Shown one piece after another: positions 20,483-29,589 of a stretch of 64,000 nt of DNA. The notes below the pieces were generated by a model. That model did not search any database and was not told where the DNA came from. It worked only from the letters and a program-made list of their open reading frames with translations. The stretch lies in assembly GCA_050115495.1 (NCBI GenBank), contig JASFQK010000028.1, positions 27,623 to 91,622 on the forward strand, read 5' to 3'. The DNA comes from Phycisphaerae bacterium (GTDB lineage: Bacteria > Planctomycetota > Phycisphaerae > UBA1845 > Fen-1342). The position numbers were made by a program, and so were the translations under genes. Position 1 is the stretch's first letter. Every line of letters begins with the position of its first letter.

Positions 20483-21886
20483 TTACTGCGACTCGTATTC
20501 ATAAGCTTGGTACTCGTACGGCTTGCCCTTGAACTGCAGCGTCACGACAGGCACGTTCCGCTCGGCCCCTACCGCAGTCCATGCTGGCCGGCTAAGGAGA
20601 ATCGGTGCTCGCGTCCGCCCAAGCCGGCTATCGAAGCGGTGCGCTTCTGCCTCCAAACGTTGCGCGAAATTCACATGATCTCCCAGCGGAGCGTACACGC
20701 GGCTGCCGCGCGCACCGAAATAGTCAAAGATCACTGGCCCGTAGTTAATCCCGACGCCGAGCCTCATCTCGAGCGGCTCGTACTCCTTCTCGAAAAACTG
20801 GCGCAGCTCCCGCCTTCCAAAAAACTCCGCCTTTAGATCGTCGAACGCCCTACACATTCCTCGTGCCGCCCGCAGCGCCGGCTCCACCCGGCTGTGCGCG
20901 TCCAACGCGGACTCACCAAACAGAGCCATGATGCCGTCCCCAGCCAAACCATGCACTCGCCCGCCAGTCTTTTGTATGATCTGTCCCATGCGCTCGTGAT
21001 ACTCCAGCATGAACGTTCTGAGTGCATCGCTCAGGTTGAAATTCCGGAGAATCTCGGTCGCCGGCGTGAAACCGCGAATGTCGGCAAACATCACCGCGAC
21101 CCAGCGCTCCGCCGATGGTACCCGGTGGCTGGGCAAGTAAGTATGTTCTGTTACCCCGTGGTGGTTCTTCAGAAACTGCGCTGCGCGCGTTCCCATGGTA
21201 CTAGCTGCCGCTTTCAACTGGCCGATCCGCTCTTCCGGCATCTCCTTGCCAATGCCCCTTTCGCCTCGCCACAGTAAGACAACTCCTAGAGCGCCCATGG
21301 CCAGTTGGCGTGTACACGCTGACAGCGGCAGCACCAGTAGTTCTGGTGCCCGCAAAGCAATTGCGTCCACCCCATGCAATCCAGCACTAGCACGGCGCCG
21401 CACTGTCTCATTCACCCAGTCGATCAGAACACTCCAACGGGACGTCTGCATCACAGTCGGCCAGAACGGCACAAACTGGGATGACAGTCGCAGCAGCCCC
21501 TGCTGAAGGCAATTCGCACTCTCGCGTCGCTCCTCCGTCACTCGCACGTATTGCGGCAACGCATCCTCGGCCACATCAGGCCGACCCGCCAGCCTGTTCC
21601 GCGCTCGCAACGCGCCCGAAAGATACGCGCGTGTCCGCTCATCAACGTGCAGCCACGACATCTCCAGGCCCCGCACAGTGCCGGCGCTATCTCTGCAGTC
21701 GGCTTTGGCAAGGAGGTGCATACCGTGCGTACACTCCGCGAAGAAGAGCAACTTGCCGGTAATCTCAGTGAAGATGCGCCTCAACGAGTAATCCACGCGC
21801 TCATCATGCTCTAGCGACATGAAGAGATTGTTTACAAACTGAAGGCATTCGAACTCTAGCCACTCCCGATTCCAATTATTCGGCAT
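20483..21886 (-). CDS. Class III nucleotidyl cyclase with N-terminal GAF-like region
   Basis: VMFADIRGFT, AGDGIMALFG, GVGINYG, GDHVNFAQRLE; upstream 'LLVLPL...LGVVLLW'. Confidence 0.88.
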   Translation of the reverse strand: MPNNWNREWLEFECLQFVNNLFMSLEHDERVDYSLRRIFTEITGKLLFFAECTHGMHLLAKADCRDSAGTVRGLEMSWLHVDERTRAYLSGALRARNRLAGRPDVAEDALPQYVRVTEERRESANCLQQGLLRLSSQFVPFWPTVMQTSRWSVLIDWVNETVRRRASAGLHGVDAIALRAPELLVLPLSACTRQLAMGALGVVLLWRGERGIGKEMPEERIGQLKAAASTMGTRAAQFLKNHHGVTEHTYLPSHRVPSAERWVAVMFADIRGFTPATEILRNFNLSDALRTFMLEYHERMGQIIQKTGGRVHGLAGDGIMALFGESALDAHSRVEPALRAARGMCRAFDDLKAEFFGRRELRQFFEKEYEPLEMRLGVGINYGPVIFDYFGARGSRVYAPLGDHVNFAQRLEAEAHRFDSRLGRTRAPILLSRPAWTAVGAERNVPVVTLQFKGKPYEYQAYEYESQ

Positions 21887-22277
21887 CTGGGCTCTCCTCG
21901 CTCAGAATGTCCCGCACGTGTTCGAGGAGAAGTTCGAGTTCACAGGGCTTCTGAATCCACTCGTACCGGACCTGCAGGTCATCCAGCTTGCGTAGATTCC
22001 CCGCAGCAAAGGATGCCTCAAGCACAGAAATGAAGATAACTGGGTACCTCGGTACCTGCTTCCTGCTTTTCACGAGGTCGTAGACAGCCAGAATACCCTC
22101 CTGCTGCCCTGTCGGAAGCCGGACGTCAACGAACCAAATGTCGCACTTCGGCGCCTCTTCCATGACTCCATTCCGGTCAACGGCTTCAAGCACTTCGTAA
22201 CCGTAGTCCCTGAATAGGTTTACGACGGGGAATCGGAATCCGTCATCATCGTCGGCGACCAGAATCCGGTATGGCAT
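21876..22277 (-). CDS. Single-domain response regulator receiver
   Basis: ILVADDDD, WFVDVRLP, FISV, IQKP; AGGAG RBS. Confidence 0.88.
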   Translation of the reverse strand: MPYRILVADDDDGFRFPVVNLFRDYGYEVLEAVDRNGVMEEAPKCDIWFVDVRLPTGQQEGILAVYDLVKSRKQVPRYPVIFISVLEASFAAGNLRKLDDLQVRYEWIQKPCELELLLEHVRDILSEESPDAE

Positions 22278-22287
22278 CACGCCACTC

Positions 22288-24108
22288 CTACTGTACAGGG
22301 ATGTGTACTGAAAACGCCGTGCCTCGACCCACTGCACTCTCTACATGACGCTCCCAGCCGAATCGGTCGAGAATCTGCTTAACTGCGGTCAAGCCCATCC
22401 CGATGCCTCCAGGGTGTCCGCTTGCGCGCCGCGAAAAGCCCGCGTCCCAAATCCGCAGCAGGTCGTCCGGAGGGATTCCGTGGCCCGTGTCTTTGACGGT
22501 CAAGATCGCCGCCTGCCCGTCGCGCCGAAGGCGAATGCGCACGGCGCCGCCCGCACGCGAGTACTTGATGGCATTGTGCAGGATGTTGTCGACGACGATC
22601 CCGAAGTCGGTCCGGTCGACTACGTCGAGCATGACGACTGCCTCGTCAATGTCGGCGGCGAAATCACGTTCGATTCGAACGTCGCTGTGAAGCAGGGGCT
22701 CTGCTTCCTTCAGTCGGCTGTTCACCAACTCTGCCAGCGGTGTGGCCTCGGGCCGTCGGCGCACCGCGGGATCGCTTGCATGCTGCGCGACCGCCACCAG
22801 AGCCCGCGTCGGCATCATGGCTGCCATCAGGGCCTGCTTGATGAAGTCAATGTGCCGATGGATGCGGTCGTACCTTGGCGGGTGACCTTCCTGGGCGAAG
22901 CGAAGCTCTCGCTCCAGTCCCGACAGGTTCATCGGGACCTGCCCAATCGGCGAACGGATCAGGTGGGCGAGATCCGAGAGCAACGACGTACGTACACGCT
23001 GTCCCACCTCTAGCGTCAGCACGATGAGGCTGGCCATGATACGGCACAGCGCGCGATCAGTTTCCGTGAAGAACGGCTCGCCTTGGCGGTTCTCGACTTT
23101 CAGCACGCCCACGACGGCATCGCGCTCGCCTAACAGCGGCACCGCGTACAGACACTTGAACGTCTTCTGTTGGCTAAGCCACATGGCCTCGTCCCAACGT
23201 CCGCGCCAAGATGCATGGTGTTTCAATTCATCCCACGACTTAGCCCAGAACGGCTGCTTGTGGGCAGCCACCCATGCGGTAATGCCCTCGATCTCGCCGT
23301 TCGGTACGCTTGGATCGCGGAGGTGATACACATGATAAGACTGGGCCTCGATTCGAAAGCCAACTCCATCGGCGAGGTGGAGTTCTTTCCCGCTGGGATC
23401 AACTAGCCACAATGAGCAAATCTCGGCGTGCAGATTCTCGGCAACCGCCTTGACAATCTCGTTGATTAGACGCCGTGGTTCGAATGGTTGCAGCAGAGCG
23501 GCGACCATCTTCGCCGGAACCCGAATGAGTCGCTGTTCGTGCGGTTCCAGCAAGCTGAATGAATGCACCGCCATCGCCACATCCGGGACCATCTCCCGAA
23601 CGGTGCGCCGGTCTTGCTCAGGAAAGCCGGCGGCTGATCCCCTCTTGTTCTCCAACTTGAAAACACCGATTACGCTCTCGCCAAGCACAACTGGAAAGGC
23701 ACTCAGGGAGCGGAAATACTGTTCTGGTGCCCCGGCCCACTGCATCGAGTCCCAGCGTCCCCTCCAACAGAATCCGTATTCCCGTTTCAATTGCTCAAGC
23801 GACGTGATGTGGACTTCCCGACCAGTCTGCGCCACATAACCGGTCACCCCGTCCGCCCTCCGGCCTTCCGGGTCATTGCGGCGGATTTCGTACTGAATCT
23901 CCTGAGCGATCGTCTGAGGTTCCTTGGCTGATGCGGCGAGCAGACGCAGGCGATCAACGCCTGCTTCGTCCTTGTATCTGCGCCAGAGCGTGCACACTTC
24001 AGCATCGAAGACTTCGGCGCACGTCTCGACTATCCTCCGGCCCATCTCGTCGAACGAGTTCGTCTTCGAGATCGCAGCGAGAATTGACTCGCGGGCACTT
24101 GTGGCCAT
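22288..24108 (-). CDS. Cytoplasmic tandem-GAF sensor histidine kinase
   Basis: Two GAFs (GVFKLENKR / GVLKVENRQ), H-box DLAHLIRSP, NILHNAIKY, DTGHG, GIGMGL; AAAGGA RBS. Confidence 0.9.
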   Translation of the reverse strand: MATSARESILAAISKTNSFDEMGRRIVETCAEVFDAEVCTLWRRYKDEAGVDRLRLLAASAKEPQTIAQEIQYEIRRNDPEGRRADGVTGYVAQTGREVHITSLEQLKREYGFCWRGRWDSMQWAGAPEQYFRSLSAFPVVLGESVIGVFKLENKRGSAAGFPEQDRRTVREMVPDVAMAVHSFSLLEPHEQRLIRVPAKMVAALLQPFEPRRLINEIVKAVAENLHAEICSLWLVDPSGKELHLADGVGFRIEAQSYHVYHLRDPSVPNGEIEGITAWVAAHKQPFWAKSWDELKHHASWRGRWDEAMWLSQQKTFKCLYAVPLLGERDAVVGVLKVENRQGEPFFTETDRALCRIMASLIVLTLEVGQRVRTSLLSDLAHLIRSPIGQVPMNLSGLERELRFAQEGHPPRYDRIHRHIDFIKQALMAAMMPTRALVAVAQHASDPAVRRRPEATPLAELVNSRLKEAEPLLHSDVRIERDFAADIDEAVVMLDVVDRTDFGIVVDNILHNAIKYSRAGGAVRIRLRRDGQAAILTVKDTGHGIPPDDLLRIWDAGFSRRASGHPGGIGMGLTAVKQILDRFGWERHVESAVGRGTAFSVHIPVQ

Positions 24109-24911
24109 GCGGCACGATTCCTTTCTAAGCGCACTTGGCAAGTATACCGCAATCTCAAGCCGCTTGATTCGTCTTCTGTCGGGACGAACACGCCCTACCG
24201 CCAAGTCTATTCTAGTGCTCCAGGTCCCGCGATAGCGGCTGCCCTACCGGCAATCGAAACCGCTCACGGTGCGGACCTCTGCCGGTTCCGCCCATGAGAC
24301 CGCGGCGTTTGGGCCGGGACTCGCGCATCCGGTTCAGTCCTGGGCGTGCTTCAGGAGGCTTGGGTCGTGCTCAGGCTGCGCCGGCGTCTAGTCCCGTGCG
24401 TAGCTCGTTTGCATGAGAGCGAATACGTGAGCTGGTTGGAACACCGACCGAGCAGAGAAGGACGTTGTTCATGTCCGAGTCCCCTCTCGCCGCGTCGCCC
24501 GACTGCACAAACGCCCGTGCGAAATGATGAGGATCCTGACCGCCAAGCCAACTCACTCGCCGAACACCGAGCGCGGCCGACACGCGTTACTGAAGCCGCT
24601 GCTCGTTCGCAGCGTGCGGCGTCGCGTCAGCGGCCCGGGGACGGGAAGTGATTCATCGACAAGGCTCTACCGCTCAAGCTGTTGGCGCCCGTCAGGGCAG
24701 GCACCTGATCGAACGCCGGGCGTTGTCATGCCTCGAACGATGCTGCAAGAAGTTCGGCCTCGACGCGGTGCCGTTGCCCGTGTTTGTCGAAGACTGGGGC
24801 GAGCATCCGTCGCGCATTCTAGATCTTGCCCGTGGACTTGCACGCTCCAGGATTCGCGACACGACTGCAGCGTCGTCGGGGAGCGTACATTGACGGGTTC
24901 TGTGCGCATAA

Positions 24912-24938
24912 GAAACCCCCGCACGTCGCGGGGGTTTC
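24912..24938 (-). terminator. Terminator after tRNA-Glu
   Basis: GAAACCCCCGC/GCGGGGGTTTC 11-bp stem followed by TTAT on the minus strand. Confidence 0.7.
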
Positions 24939-24946
24939 GCGTGAAT

Positions 24947-25019
24947 CGCCCCCACGGGGACTCGAACCCCGGTCTCCAGGATGAGAACCTGATATCCTAG
25001 GCCGCTAGACGATGGGGGC
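24947..25019 (-). tRNA. tRNA-Glu (anticodon CTC), CCA not encoded
   Basis: GCCCCCATCGTCTAGCGGCCTAGGATATCAGGTTCTCATCCTGGAGACCGGGGTTCGAGTCCCCGTGGGGGCG cloverleaf. Confidence 0.96.
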
Positions 25020-25049
25020 TATGACTCGCCGAAACGAGTGTTTTGACTA

Positions 25050-25078
25050 ACCTTAGCGGCTCGCCCCGCCACAGTCAA
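25050..25078 (-). promoter_or_regulatory. Probable tRNA promoter
   Basis: TTGACT-17 nt-TAAGGT. Confidence 0.55.
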
Positions 25079-25170
25079 CGGGGCCGCCACGAACCGCCGC
25101 TATCGGACGGCCTCCGACCCCCTGCCGACGCGGCCGTCCCGGTGCAGCACCGCCGATTCAGCCCGGCCTA

Positions 25171-26220
25171 TCACGGGCTCGCGCCGGCGGCGATCAGCTC
25201 GTCAGGGCCCGTCACGTGCCGGCCCGGCGGCCAGGCGCGGGTCGGGTCGTACCATTCCCGCCACGCCGACTCCCACTCTTCCCGGCTCTTCACGTTGATG
25301 AACGCCGCCCGCACGCGGGCCGGGAACGGGTGCCGCTTCGCGTAGCGAATGCCAAACTTCCGCATCACCTTCGGCCCGATCTTCGGACCGTGAAGCTGCT
25401 CGACCAGGTCGAAATGCTCCCGGATCACCCGCCCCTGCTCCGCCACGGTCGGCGGCTCCGGCAGCGGCTGACCCGCCAGCACCGCCCGGGCCTCGCGAAA
25501 GATCCACGGATTGCCGATGCAGCCGCGCGCCACCGACACGCCGTCCACGCCCGTCTGCGACAGCATGCGGGCGATATCGTCCGCCGTGAACAAATCGCCG
25601 CTGCCCAGCACTACCCCCGCGCCGGCGTGCCGCTTCACGCGAGCCAGGAAGCCCCAATCCGCCGCCCCCATGTACCGCTGCCGGACGGTCCGCCCGTGCA
25701 CGGTCACCGCCGCCAGACCCAGCTCGAAAGCGGCGTCGAAGATGCGGAAGAAATCCCGCTCGCTCTCCGCCGAGTCGTCCATCCCCCGCCGCATCTTCAC
25801 CGTCACCGGCACCGCCGGCGGGACGGCCTCTCGCACCCGCCTCAGGATCTCCAGCGCCTGCGGCACGTCGGACAGCAGGTACCCGCCCCGGCACCGCCCC
25901 AGCACCTTCTTCACCGGACAGCCGAAGTTGATGTCCACCACATCGAACCCGCTCTCGGCCAGCAGCGCCGCCGCCTCGGCGAACTCCGCCGGCGTCGCCC
26001 CGATGACCTGCCCGCCGACCGGGTGGTCCTCGGCACAGAGCGTCAGCACCTTCCGCTGAAACTTGCCGGCGTGCGTCAGCGACCGGTCCAGAACGACCTC
26101 GTGCAGGGCGTACGGCGCCCCCAGCCGCCGGGCGATCAGCCGCATCGGCAGATCGCTGTAGCCAGCCAGGGCCGCCTGCGACAGTGGAACATCGAGCTGT
26201 ACGGGGCCGATTTTGAGCAT
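25171..26220 (-). CDS. dusB: tRNA-dihydrouridine synthase
   Basis: DINFGCPVKKV, VTVKMR, VHGRT, ARGCIGNPWIF. Confidence 0.9.
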   Translation of the reverse strand: MLKIGPVQLDVPLSQAALAGYSDLPMRLIARRLGAPYALHEVVLDRSLTHAGKFQRKVLTLCAEDHPVGGQVIGATPAEFAEAAALLAESGFDVVDINFGCPVKKVLGRCRGGYLLSDVPQALEILRRVREAVPPAVPVTVKMRRGMDDSAESERDFFRIFDAAFELGLAAVTVHGRTVRQRYMGAADWGFLARVKRHAGAGVVLGSGDLFTADDIARMLSQTGVDGVSVARGCIGNPWIFREARAVLAGQPLPEPPTVAEQGRVIREHFDLVEQLHGPKIGPKVMRKFGIRYAKRHPFPARVRAAFINVKSREEWESAWREWYDPTRAWPPGRHVTGPDELIAAGASP

Positions 26221-26266
26221 CCGGCCGATTATACTCGGCGATCTGTCCGGGGTTACGAGGGTATCC

Positions 26267-27265
26267 ATGCGTCGCGAAGTCGGCCCGGCCAACCGCGTTC
26301 ACGTGATCGCCCACGCCAACCCGCCGCGGAACGACATCCGCCGGCTGGGCCTCGACTCCGTGGGCGACTATCTCAGCTTCATCCGCGCCCACACGCCGGC
26401 GCCGCTGCACGTCACCGCCGCTCCCGAGCTCTTCCGCGTCGAGGAAGATGAGTGGCACAGTGGTCGGCGGGATGACGCCGCCCGCGTCCGCGACCTGCAA
26501 GACGCCCTCAGCGACCCGCAGACGCTCGCCATCGTGGCCACCAACGGCGGAGCGTACTTCTCCCGCATCCTGCCGCACGTCGATTTCTCGGTCCTGACTC
26601 GCCGTCGGCGGCCGATCTGGGCCCTCGGCTTCAGCGAGATCACGCCACTGGTGAACCTGATCGCCAGCTTCCGCTGTGGACGCGGGTTGTACTGGCTCTG
26701 CCCGAACTACGTGGCGTACAAGGTTCGGCGATCGGCGATATTGGCGGCGTTTGGCGAGTTCTGGCGGCTATTGCCGCAGATTCTCGCCGGCTGCGCTCCG
26801 ACGGGGGCGGAGCACCTTTCCTTCGGCCCGCTTCACGGCGAACTGACCAGCGGGCGCGCCGTCGCCGGGCCGGTGAAGCTGGTGGGCGGCTGTCTCGCCG
26901 TCCTGGCGGCGGTGGTCTCGGGACCGCTGGGAGCCCGCATGCGGCCACGCGGCCACTGGCTCTTCCTCGAAGACATCCAGGAGGTCCCCTACCGCATCGA
27001 CCGACACCTCGCCGCGCTCAAGTTCGCCGGCTGGTTCGAGCGCATCGCCGGCGTGCTGGTCGGCGACTTCCACGCCGCCGAGGGCGACACGCAGGACGCC
27101 GTCCTTGATCTGCTGCGGTTCCACCTGCCGGCGGGGCGATCGCTGCCGGTCGTGAAGACACGTGATTTCGGCCACGTCTGGCCGCTGCTACCCGTCGCCG
27201 TCAACCGCCCCCTGCAACTCGACGTCCGTCGGCGGAAGGTGACGTTTTCGGGCACGCTGGAGTAA
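26267..27265 (+). CDS. LD-carboxypeptidase (peptidase S66/MccF family)
   Basis: ATNGG, LGFSEIT (Ser), FLEDI (Glu), DFGH (His). Confidence 0.8.
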   Translation: MRREVGPANRVHVIAHANPPRNDIRRLGLDSVGDYLSFIRAHTPAPLHVTAAPELFRVEEDEWHSGRRDDAARVRDLQDALSDPQTLAIVATNGGAYFSRILPHVDFSVLTRRRRPIWALGFSEITPLVNLIASFRCGRGLYWLCPNYVAYKVRRSAILAAFGEFWRLLPQILAGCAPTGAEHLSFGPLHGELTSGRAVAGPVKLVGGCLAVLAAVVSGPLGARMRPRGHWLFLEDIQEVPYRIDRHLAALKFAGWFERIAGVLVGDFHAAEGDTQDAVLDLLRFHLPAGRSLPVVKTRDFGHVWPLLPVAVNRPLQLDVRRRKVTFSGTLE

Positions 27266-27283
27266 GCGGAGGGAGGGACTGGG

Positions 27284-27787
27284 GTGAGTACACGCCAAGA
27301 GCGTCGAACCCAGCGGCTGGCCCGCCAGCGTGCCCGCAGGGCCCGCCTCTATCCGGAGCTCGCCCTCTTCCCGATTGACGAATACCAACGGGCCGTGAAG
27401 AGCGCCCAGTCCCTGCCGCTGCGTCAACCGCTCCTGTGGATCGCGCTGGCACTGATCGTGGCCGCCGTCGTTGTCGTCGGCCCAACACTCCGCAGAGAAC
27501 TGCGGGGTCTGGGCATGCCCGATGTCGTTGCCGAAATTCTGGTTGTGGTCGGCACAGGCGCGATCACGGGCGTGTCGCTGCTTGCGATCGTCCGCACGCC
27601 GGTGCGGCGTGCCCTGCGGCGGCGGCTGGTCGAGCTTGGCACAGCAATCTGCGTCAACTGCGGCTACGACCTCCGCGGACAAACGCAGCCGCGCTGCCCG
27701 GAATGCGGCAAAGCCTTCGACCCGGCATTGCTCACGCCGGCCGACCGGGCCGATCCGGACGCCGCGCCCCGCCATGACACGGACTGA
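27284..27787 (+). CDS. Two-TM membrane protein with C-terminal Zn ribbon (paralog 1)
   Basis: PELALFP, two hydrophobic helices, CVNCGYDLRG...RCPECG. Confidence 0.75.
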   Translation: MSTRQERRTQRLARQRARRARLYPELALFPIDEYQRAVKSAQSLPLRQPLLWIALALIVAAVVVVGPTLRRELRGLGMPDVVAEILVVVGTGAITGVSLLAIVRTPVRRALRRRLVELGTAICVNCGYDLRGQTQPRCPECGKAFDPALLTPADRADPDAAPRHDTD

Positions 27788-27801
27788 CTGGGGACACAGG
27801 G

Positions 27802-28335
27802 ATGAGCAGTGCCGAAGAACGGAAAGCGAAGCGACTGGCCAAACGACGCAGCCGACTCGCTCGGTTCTGCCCGGAATTCGCCCTCTTCCCGACCGCCGAG
27901 GACGCGAAGCGAGCTCAACGGGAACTGACATTCGCGATGCTGCGCTGGCCCTCCACGTGGGTCACGACGGCTATCGCGGCACTCATCGTGATTCCCCTCG
28001 CGATAATCCTCACGCGGGTCCTTGCCCACCTGGGGGTACCCGATTTCTTCTACAGTGTCATTACCGGCGGTCTCGCCGGCTGCGCCGGCGCACTGGGCCT
28101 GAGACTGCCAGTCCGCAAACGGTCGCGGCGATTCCTGCGACAATGCCTGATCGAACGCGGCGTGCCGGTCTGCCTGCACTGCGGCTACGACCTCCGCGGG
28201 CAAACGGCCCCGCGCTGCCCCGAATGCGGCCAGCCGTTCGACCCGATGCTGCTCCGCCCCACCGATCACCCCACTCCCAACGCCGCCGCGGGCGAAACGT
28301 CGCCGAGCGACCAGCCGCCGCCCGAAGCGCCGTAG
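27802..28335 (+). CDS. Two-TM membrane protein with C-terminal Zn ribbon (paralog 2)
   Basis: PEFALFP, two helices, CLHCGYDLRG...RCPECG. Confidence 0.75.
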   Translation: MSSAEERKAKRLAKRRSRLARFCPEFALFPTAEDAKRAQRELTFAMLRWPSTWVTTAIAALIVIPLAIILTRVLAHLGVPDFFYSVITGGLAGCAGALGLRLPVRKRSRRFLRQCLIERGVPVCLHCGYDLRGQTAPRCPECGQPFDPMLLRPTDHPTPNAAAGETSPSDQPPPEAP

Positions 28336-28487
28336 CGTCCGGCACGGGGCCCAAACGCTGCCCCGAGCAGCAGCACAGAGCCCGGACGGTGTGTGTCATG
28401 CCCAGGCTGTGAGCGAGGGAATGCCTTCCCATGCACGAGACGAAGACATGCCGGCGCCTTAGAGCTTCGGCATGCCACACTCCACCT

Positions 28488-28540
28488 CAAGGCTCACGGC
28501 TCACAGCTCAAGGCTGAAAGCTGACGACTGACGGCTCAAC
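28488..28540. repeat. Heptamer tandem repeat downstream of etfA
   Basis: caaggct-cacggct-cacagct-caaggct-gaaagct-gacgact-gacggct. Confidence 0.65.
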
Positions 28541-28541
28541 C

Positions 28542-29522
28542 CTACCGAAGCTGCTTCACTTCCTCCGTCAGCAGCGGCACGACCTTGAACAGATCCGCTA
28601 CGATCCCGTAATCCGCCACTTTCAGAATCGGCGCTTCCGGATCGGTGTTGATCGCCACGATCGTCTTGCTGCCGCGCATGCCGGCCAGGTGCTGAATCGC
28701 CCCGCTGATGCCGGCGGCGATGTACAGCTTCGGCGTGACCGTCTTGCCGGTCAGGCCCACCTGCCGGCTGTGCGGCTGGTAGCCGGCGTCGCACGCGGCA
28801 CGCGAGGCCCCGACCGCCCCATCGAGCAGCTTGGCCAGCTCGTACAGCATGCCGAAGTTCTCTTCGTTCTTCAGGGCTCGCCCGCCGGCGACGATGATGT
28901 CAGCCTCGGTGACGTCCTTGACCTCACCGCCGGCCCGCACGACCTCTTTCACCGTGATGCGGTCATCGCCGGCCGCGGCCTGATACGCCACCGATTCCCG
29001 AGCCGCCCCACTGCCGCCGGTCGGAGCCGCGTACGTGTTCGGCCGAATCGAGATAATCGCCGGCCGGTCGGCGGCGAAGGCGACATGGCAACTCGCCTTC
29101 CCGTTATACAGCGGCCGCTTGGCATCGACCGCGCCGCCGTCACCAATCTGCACCTCGATGGCATCCGGCACGACGCCCGCCCCACACCGTACGGCGACGC
29201 GCGGGGCCAGGTCGCGTCCGAGGAAAGTGGTGGCCATCAGGACCACGCGCGGCTGCACCTGCTCCATGACCGCGGCGAGCGCGGTGCGGTAGCGCAGCGC
29301 CGAGTACGTGGCCAGAGCCGGATCGCTGACACAGATGATGCGGTCGACGCCCGTCGCAGCGACGGTGTCGGCGGCGTTGTTGATGGCGTTGCCAATCACG
29401 CAGGCGACGACCTTGCCGCCGGTCTTGCCGGCCAGCTCCCGGGCGGGCGTGACGCACTGCAGCGCCGCCGGATGGGCCACGTCGTCGCGTTGTTCCACGA
29501 AAACCAGAATGTCGTTCGTCAT
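28542..29522 (-). CDS. etfA: Electron transfer flavoprotein alpha subunit
   Basis: GASRAACDAG, QVGLTGKTV, GISGAIQHLAGM. Confidence 0.95.
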   Translation of the reverse strand: MTNDILVFVEQRDDVAHPAALQCVTPARELAGKTGGKVVACVIGNAINNAADTVAATGVDRIICVSDPALATYSALRYRTALAAVMEQVQPRVVLMATTFLGRDLAPRVAVRCGAGVVPDAIEVQIGDGGAVDAKRPLYNGKASCHVAFAADRPAIISIRPNTYAAPTGGSGAARESVAYQAAAGDDRITVKEVVRAGGEVKDVTEADIIVAGGRALKNEENFGMLYELAKLLDGAVGASRAACDAGYQPHSRQVGLTGKTVTPKLYIAAGISGAIQHLAGMRGSKTIVAINTDPEAPILKVADYGIVADLFKVVPLLTEEVKQLR

Positions 29523-29589
29523 GTCTTCGCCTTGCTTAGCTCTGCGGCGCCGGTTGACGACGCCGGGGTGTACGTTTCGTCCCGAATGC

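Noticed and set aside
24437..24449. 13-nt match (TGGAACACCGACC) to the hairpin upstream of the HNH gene, in inverted orientation
   Set aside because: A single 13-mer match across several kb is expected by chance; the flanks do not align.
24346..25000. Short ORFs between the kinase and the tRNA
   Set aside because: No recognisable motifs, conflicting frames, and one runs through the tRNA; at most decayed coding sequence.
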